A DNA stretch of 64,000 nucleotides, from positions 95,944-159,943 of the forward strand of contig CAYQKV010000004.1 in the NCBI GenBank assembly GCA_964418255.1, read 5' to 3'. Source of the DNA: an uncultured Christensenella sp. GTDB lineage: Bacteria > Bacillota > Clostridia > Christensenellales > DTU072. Below the pieces are notes generated by a model. That model worked only from the letters and a program-made list of their open reading frames with translations, was not told where the DNA came from and did not search any database. Within the stretch, counting starts at the first letter, position 1; each line of letters opens with the position of its first letter. Shown here piece after piece: positions 16,902 to 25,900 of the stretch. A program made the translations under genes and the position numbers.

Positions 16902-19900
16902 CTATTCGAATATCAATCCGCAGAAGTTTTCGGTAAGCGGTTCGCCCTCTTCGTCGTACTTGGGTATTTCCGTTCCGTTTACCGTTATCGAATAGGTATA
17001 GTCTATCGACGCGGCTTCCCCGAGCACCCACTGGCAATTTCCGTGCGACATACCTACAAGCAAACCTGCGTACGTCTTTCTCGTTCCGCTTACGGTAATC
17101 GTACCCGTCGCTATGCCGTAGCTGAACTTAGGCTCGCCTATCGTAACTATCGCCGCGTATCCGCCGATATACGCCGTTCCGCCGCCGCTGACCGTGATAT
17201 TGAGCGCGCTTATCGAGTTCTGCAATTTGCTCATATCCGCGTCCACCACGCCGCCGCGGCTTTCCGCTACGAAGCCCGAAGCGTAAATCTCGTTGTCCTG
17301 CGTCGCGCTGACTATCGAGACGTTACCCGCAACGGTTACGTTCTTGATTTCGCCGTCGCTTATTATCGCTATCGCGCCGTATCTGAACGTTTCTCCCGCT
17401 CCTACCGTCGCGCTGTACTCGACGTTGACGCTGAGGTCGTTTATCTTACCCGAGTTGTGGTACACGAGGGGCGCGGTTACGTTCATAAGTCCGATTATTC
17501 TGCCGCCTTCCGCGCTTATGTCGTCGCCGGTGCTTCCCTTAATCACGCCGCTGAACACAAGCCCTTGTCCTATCGTCCGGAAGTCGGTGAACGTTATGTC
17601 CTTATCTATTCTGTATTCCGCGTAAAGCGCGAGGTTGATATATCCGAAGTCTTTTTCGCTTTCGATAACGAACGGAGTTATGCTGCTTCCGTCGCCCGCT
17701 ATCGGATAGAACGAGCCGAACACGAGGTTGAACACGCTGCCCGTAGAAGAAGCGAAGCTCGCCGTTCTCATCGGGTCGTAGGAGAACGCCACCGTCTGTA
17801 TTCCGTAAGTTACGTTGGACGAACCCACGGGTTTTTCCGAAAGCAGGTTTTCTCCCGCATAGACGTTATCTTTTATCGCAAAGACCTTTGCCCCGCCGTT
17901 TACGACCGAACCATCGGCAACCGCGCCTATCGCCGCGCCTACCGTTACGCTCGCTCCGTACGCTTCCGTTCTGCCGAGCATAAATATCGTTCCCGCGCTG
18001 TCCGGCAACGTAATTCCGTCGGTTTCCGCCGCAATTCCGCCGAGCGTAACCTTGCTTGCCGTGACCGCAATGTTGTTGATGCTGAACACGTCGTTTATCG
18101 TCGTTCCGCGCGCCGAACCCACAACGCCGCCGACTGACGCTTTGCCTTCCGTCCTTATGGTTTCGGTACCGATAAGCAGAACGTTTCTTATTACGGCGTT
18201 TTCGTACGCTTTCGCCGCGATTATACCCGCCGTAAGCGTTTCTTCTCCGACGTAATCGAAGTCGATTGCAATATCTGTGAACGCAATGTTCGCTACCGTT
18301 CCGTTAAGTTGTCCGAACAGACCGAAACTGCTCTTATTATACACGGCGGTATCTCCCGCGAAGTTTGCAAGTTTCACGTATCTCGTTCCGCTCGAAGGCT
18401 GTTTTGCCGCAAGCGTTCCGTTGAACACTTTCGTTACCGCTATCGTACATTCGTACCCGCTCATATCGATTTCGTCCGTTCCGAGCGCGAACACGAAGTC
18501 GAGGTTCATATATCCGTTTATCGCAAGTATCTGGCTGTATTCGGATATTTCAAGCGGTCTGTCGGGCGTGCCTATGCCGTACGTTTCGTTCTCGTCGTAT
18601 TCGTATCCGAAGTCGGAATACAGTCTGGACAGTATCGCGTAGTCTATCGCTATTCCGCCTACGACGGGTGACGTACCGAACACCACGAAGGACTGATAGT
18701 CGTCGCCTGAGTACGTTCCCGAAAGTACTATTTCGTCGGTTACGTTGCTTACTCCGCTTACCGTATCGGAATTGACGAACACGTTGTTTTCGAAGTAACT
18801 TACCGCCGAAACGGAGTACGTTCCTTTTCCCGCGCCGCCGTACAGCATACCCGCGGCGACCGCCGTCGAATTGTAAATTTCGATTTCGCCGAACGCGTAG
18901 ACTCCGTTGAATCTCGTGCCGTTTCTCATATACCCAACGACCGCTCCGACGTACGCTCCGTCCATCGCTCTGCCGTTGTTGGTTACTCTTACGTCGGTAA
19001 ACAGCGCGCTTTCGCCGCCGAAGTTACCGCCTTCGCTGTAAGCCGCCACTCCGCCGAACTTGCTTCCCTTCGGGAAGTTGTGGAGTTCTACGTCCGCGAT
19101 TACCGCGACGTTTTCCACCGTGCCGCCGGCGAGCACTCTTCTTGCGAGCAGACCGATTTCAACTTCTTCCGTCGCGCTCACTATGAGCGTTCTGTCCGTC
19201 GTCACTCTGACGTTTCTTACCGTTCCGCTTATTCCTTCGAACAAGCCGTAGTCTCCGCTTACCGTTCCGCCGAGCTCGGTTATGCAACGTCCGTCGCCGT
19301 CGAACGCGCCTCTGTAAGTTCCCGTAAGTCCTTTCGCTACGGTTATATCCGCGTTTAGCTTATAGTCGCTGTCAAGGTAGCTTCTCTTCGTCTCGTCCAC
19401 GGTTCCGTCTGCGTTGAGGTTGTAGTAATCGGCGTCGATATATCCGAAGTCTCTCGCGTCGAACACGTCGAAGAGGTTGTCTTCTTCGTCGTCCATAGCG
19501 AAGTATTTCAGTATAAAGTCTTTTCTTTCGGTATCGGTCGTGACTCTGAAACTTCCCGTTCCCGCATTTACGCTCGTCATAACGTAGTACGCGCCCAGTT
19601 CTTCGGGTTCGGTCTCCGTTCTGTCGAAGTAACCGTAGTATGCGTAACCGAGTTCGATTTCTCTCGTCCTTTCGTTCGCGCCGTCCGCATAACGGTAAGT
19701 CGCGTTACCCGTGGTCTTATATTCGCCGTTTTCGGTTTGCAGATAGAACTTGTCTTTTCCGTAAGTCACGTCTACTTCCGCGATAAAGTACGACACGATG
19801 ACGATATTGCTGCCCTCGAACTGTACCTGTACGTAACCCGTCTTTTCCAACGTCTCTCCGTCCGCTTGCGGAGGTATGCCGTAGGCCGCGTTGTAGTCAA

Positions 19901-22900
19901 TCAGGTCGCTTTCTCTGATTTGTCCGAGTATATCTCCCGTGACGTTATAGAAGTATCCTCTCTCTCCCGCGGTGGAAACGGTCACGTTCTGGAAGTAGTT
20001 ATGGTTTGCTCCCGCGCTTCTTCCGTCGTATTTCGCGAAATACGTGAGTCTCATCACGTCGCCGCGTTTGAAGCTCGTCGAGGAAGTAACCGCATAGTTG
20101 CCGTCCTTGTCGTAAACGCCCGTGACGTAATCGGCGAATTCTCCCGTACGCGTGTCGTATCCGCGCGAACCTGCGACCGTAATTCCCAGGTCTACCCGTC
20201 CGAAGTAATCGTAGTAGTAATCGTTGCTGTCGACGCTGAACCTGAACTCGTAACTGCCGTTATCGTAGTCGCCCGTTCCGTTTCCGACGACGTGCGCGGT
20301 TATCGGAGTAATGCCGTCCGCTTCGCTTATTTCGGAATTGAGGTTTTCTGCGTTATAAGACAGTCTGTCCTGATTGTCTCTTATCTCTCCGCCGAGGCGG
20401 TAACTCATACCCGCGCCCGAAGTAATGCGGAAGCTGTAAGAATTGCCGTTTACAACGTTAATTCCGTCGATAACGAACCTGTTCTCATTAAGCGGTATCC
20501 ACACGCCGTTTCCGTTTACGCTGTATTCGAGCGTATAACCGCTGTAAGAACTCTGTCCGTCGTACGCGTTGTCTTCGATAACGCCCACTCCGAAGGAAAC
20601 CGCGACTTCGCTCGTGTACCAGTACTCCGCGTCCGAAGTATACAGGTTGCGGTCCGTCCAGCCCCAGTTGGTCGCTTTCGTTCCGTTTATCTCGCTGACG
20701 TAAACTATCGGCGTGGTGTTGTCTATTCTTACGTATACCGGCAGTTCGTCGCTGAGTTTACCCGCAATCGATTCGAGTTGCAATTTCTGTACGGTTTCGC
20801 CGTTGCCCGTAACGCGATAGTATCTGTAAACGACGCTGCCGCCCTCGCTGATAAACCGGTCGTAAGTAATCGTATCGAGCACGGTCACCGTTCCGTTCTG
20901 CGTGAGGTTTATCCTAAGTCCGCTGTAACCTACTTTCTGTATCTGCAACCTTACTATTACCGTGTTGCGTTTCGTGTAGCTCGCAAGCTCTCCCGTAACG
21001 TAACCGTTGGAAGCGAACTGTCTGTTGTATTCCGCGGCAAGAGTTTCCTGCGACGCGTCGTCGTCGAACATAGCGAACGTAGCCGCCGCCGCGGACTGCA
21101 CTTCGCCCTTGTTCATATCGATTTTAATTCCGTGAACAGCCGCGCCGTCTACCGTACCGAACCTGCAAACTTCGCTCTTCTTTCCTGCGCCGCTTTCCGC
21201 GTAGAACTCGTAGAGCACGTTGTTTCTGCTGTCGGATATAGTGTAATCGAGCATCGACGCAAAGTAGGACATTATCGTCGTTTCGTCGTTGTCGTGTCTT
21301 CTCGACGAACCGCCCGAGCCGTTGTTGAGAGAAATACCCGTAGCCGTTCCGCTTACTCTCCATACTCCGTCGCTTCCCAATGTGTACAGACTGCCGCCGT
21401 TGGGGTTGACGAGCGTCCAACCCGACCAGGTCTTGCCGTCTATCGACGAACGGTAGAATATAACGTTTCCGCTTGCAAATCTCGAATCCGAATCGAGCGC
21501 GAGCGTCATAACGACTTCTTCTTTGCTCCATTCTCCGTCCGCTATGCCGTAAGCAAAGCCGTCTTCCGTCTTAGTCCCGTAAGGAACGAAGTTCTTCGTG
21601 CCGCTTGACGTGTACCCGTCCGCTTTGACGAGACTTATTCCCACGTCGGGCGTTCCTTTATCTATCGCAACAAGTCCGGTCTTTACCGTCGCTCCGAGAT
21701 TAGCCGTCGCTCTTCCGCTCTGTCCCGCGTATTTTACGTCCGCCGCCTCGTAGGTTTCGAGCTCGATACTCATATAACTGCTGTCCGCGCTTTCCGTTCC
21801 TCTGTTTCTCGCAGAGTTCGTATAGCTCTTATAGTAGTTGAGTTCGGTATCCTGCGCGTTGCTGATAGCGCGGAAACGGAAGTAAGAATAGGTGTAATCG
21901 CTCGATTTTCCTATTTCGTATCTCACCGTGGCGCGCATTACGCTTTCCGAAACCTCCTGCGGTTCGCCTTCGAAGGTGTAAGCCGAAGAGGAAATCGTAT
22001 TCCAACGACCCGCTCCGTCGAGCGCGGAATCTTTCGTCGCTTCGCGGTATTGAAGAATAAATCCGCTTCTTCCGTATTTTACGGTAATCAACGCGTAGAC
22101 GAAATCGTCCGCCCAGTTGACTTTATTGCTCGCTATGTCGTTTACCCAACCCACGCTTATCGCAGACTGTTGATAAGAGTAACTCGTTCCGTCCGCCTTA
22201 AAGAGGGTTACGCTCTCTATCGTCGTTTCGTCGGCGTCGATTTGCGGCGTGAACGAATAAGTCGCCACGTTGCCCGCTTCGTCCGTCGCTATAATCGTAT
22301 ATTCCGCGTAGTTTTCGATATAGAACAGTCCCGCGCGCTCGAAATACATTTCTTTCTTGACTACGTTGTAAGCGCGGTAAAGTCCGTCTTCGTCGAGAAC
22401 GAGGTTTCCTTCTATCACGTTGCCGCTCGCAAGAACGCACTCGACTTTTACGTTTTCGATAAAGTCGTTTTCGCTAATCTGTTGCGAGGTCTTTTCCAGT
22501 CCCGAAAGGTCGTCTTCTATGCTTACGCGCAAGGATTTTGCAAGATAATGCCACCTGTCCGTAGCCGAAAGTTCGGGAATATTGCCGCTTGAATCGTCTA
22601 TCACGGGCGCGACTATGTCAATCTTGACGTCGAAAGACGCAGTTTTCGAAGGTCTCACCCCGCCCGTCGCGTAGTCGTCGGTAACCGTATTGAACGAAGT
22701 GACGGTATATTTGTCGTAGCGGTTTCCGTTGTTTCTCAATACGTTTATATAAGCATAGGTATAACTGCTGCGAACTTCCCAGATAACCGAAACAAGATTG
22801 TTTATATCTCCGTCCGCGTAATAATCGGCGTTCACCCTTATTCCCGTATTCGTTCCGCCGACAACCCAGTTGTATACGCCGACAAAATACTGCGCTCTGA

Positions 22901-25900
22901 CGGTAAATCCTTCCGTCCAGCCCCTGGAAAGCGATATGGTTTTCCTTTCGCCCGTAGCGTATTCGACGTATGTCATCGCGATATTTCCGCCGACGTTATT
23001 GAACTGCGGAGTAGCGATATGATAATGCGTCGTACTGTTTCCGTTAAGCATATCGGTAACGGTATAATCGAACCCGCCGAAACCGCTCGCGCCGTAGTCG
23101 CCCTGCCAACGGAGTTGTACGTCTTTATTCGTGTATTTTTCTCCCGTATATCCCTGATAGAGTACGTCGCTTTCGTCCGTTCTCGCCGTCAAGGTTACTC
23201 GTACGTCGGTGGTATCTATACTTATATTGTAAGGCGTGCTGTTCGTAGGTCCGTTGCCCGCGACGTCGGACGCGGTGACTGTAACTTCCGTTCTCGATGT
23301 TATTCTCAGTCTGTAACATTCTATATCCGCAACGCCCGCTCCTACTTTGCCCGACGCGTTATAGGAAATTCTTGCGTTTTTCCCGTCGAGCGCGTACGCT
23401 TCGAAACCGTTTATAAGAAGCATTCCTTTTCCGTCCACGCCCAGACTGTCCGCAGAAGGCGTTTCCCCTTCGAGAAGTCTTACGGTAGTGAGTTTGCCGT
23501 CGTACGTCCAGACGGGTACGTTTTTAAGGGTTACTTTTTCAAGCAACTCGGTATTTCCTCTGAGAACTTTATTGTCGTCTATTCCGCTCGCGGGGTCGGT
23601 GATGAAATAGTAGATATAAACCGAACCGTTGGTGTACTGTTGAAGCGCGACGTTAGTCCAGATTTTCTGTAAGGCGTTGTAATCAACCTCGCCGTTGTCA
23701 AGCGTATCCGCTTCGGATTCTACGCTGAACACCGTCATTCCCGAATGAATTACCGGCGCTTGCGAGTCGATAAACAGCGGACCGAGCTCGATAACGTAAT
23801 ACTTGCCCGTGCCCGAAATCGCGATTACTTCTATCCTCTCTTTAACCGAAGTGAGGTGGAAGTTGAGCGTGATTTCTCCCGACTGAACGGCGGAAGTATT
23901 CGCGCTTTCTCCGTATACTCTCACATACGGGGACCCCGCGCCGTACTCTATCCATTGCTCGCCGTCGTAATAACCCCAACCGTCGTTTAAGAAATCGTCT
24001 GCGCCGTACGCGTTAAGGAAATTGCCCGCTCTGAAATACGTCAACGCTTCCAGACGTTCGGACGCGTCGTAAGAAGTTCTTCTCATATAAACGGTAAGTC
24101 CGGATATTCCCACGCGGAAAGAGAGCGTCGCGTTAAACAAATTGTTCTTTATCGACGTGCCCTTAAAGCGGTAAACCTGGTTTACTTCGCCGCCGTCGTA
24201 AGAATCGGTTTCGCCCGAGAATTCGAGGTAACCCGTTTCGTTGGTCGTTTTAAGACTTATATAAGGATTAAAGGCGTCGAGAACAGGCAACACGCGATAA
24301 CCGTTTACGTCGTTGGGTCCGTAGGTAGCGGCGGAATCGTTCGCCTGTTTGTCTATTACCACTATGGAGAAATCGTAAGGTTTCTCATTGTCATTTTTAT
24401 CGTGTTTTACATCGATACTGTCATAACTGTAAGTATTCAGCGTCTTGTAAATGTCTGAAGTCCCCACCTTGGTTACGTACGAGCAACTTTTTCCGTCGAA
24501 ACTAACGCTTTCTATGCCCGAACCCATAAGAGAACCTATTTTGTCCGTCACCTGTATATAGACGTAGACTTTTTCCGCGGTGAAGATATAATCCCTTGAA
24601 GCAACGTATGCGGGGCTTAACTCTTTGTTAAGCGCAAAAGTATAATTTTCTTTTTCAAAGTTTGCGTCGAAAGTAAGCAGCCTCTCGGTATTTGCGGTGG
24701 AATATTCGTTGGAAAGGGAGAGGAAAACGCTCTCTATCAGCGGGCGCGTATTATCCTGTTTTATGTAAAATCTTCCATCATCAGGAGCAGGACGCAATTC
24801 ACCGCTTTGAGCTTCAAAAATCCACTTGTTTTTATCATAGTCCCACGCAATACTTATTGCTCTGATTGCCACCTGTATGTTTTTCGTGGAGTTGGAGAAC
24901 ACAACCCACGCGGTTTTATCGTCGTAAATAACGTAACCGCCCGCGCTCGCGTCTCCATCTTTAAGTCCGTCATACGATTGTCCGTTTGTCGCTATACCGT
25001 CTTTATTATAATTATTCGTCATATCCTGGTAACGATAGTCGACAGTAAACGGACTGAGCCCAGAAGTGACTTTTACTTCGGCAAAAACGTAATTATTCGC
25101 CCAACCCGTATACAGGCTGTTCGTCATAGAGTAAGGTTTTCCGATTGAGGTAGGTGATTCTGTATATATAAACCCATCATCCCAGTTTGAATTCTTTGCC
25201 TGGTAAAAATTGACCGAACTGATACTTGTTTCAAACGGGTCTACGTAGTAACGCAACACTCTTTCGCCCCATTCCGCGACGTTGCTTCCCACAGGCAAGC
25301 CGAGATTATTGTTCGGGCGTTTTGTTTCGGTAAGGGTCGCGTATCCGATATTCCCAATAAAGTCGCTTACGCCCACCTTATACCTTAAATAAGTGTTCGC
25401 GGATACGTTCCAAGTGTTATCATCATTATGAATTTTATTATATTGGTCTTCCGGCAAATACTTTTTCATCTCATCGGTGCTAAACATCTGTACCTGCACG
25501 ACGTTGCCGATTTCCGAAACCTCATAAGCGTAGCCTGTCTTTTCGTAAGAATATGTGTTGCCCGCGTTGTCGGTATATTTGAACTCCATTCGGAAACCGT
25601 AATTTGAGTATGCGGCTCCCGAAACAAGAGTATTATCTATGTTTTCGTATGCTTTCGCATATGACGAAGTGTTCTGCGTGAGAGAAGTTCCGTTCACGCC
25701 GTATTTTATCGAACCGTTCTGCAAAACGCCGTCCTGCGCCCAAAGGACGCCCGACTGCGTATCAGTCACTTTGAATACCGCGTAAAGTCCTCTTCCTGGG
25801 TCGCTTGAATTCGGATATATCCACTTTGTCGAATCGAGAAGAAGGTCCTGCGAAATGAGATGGCTTTTCATCGAAGCACTGCTAAATGGCGAACTGCTGA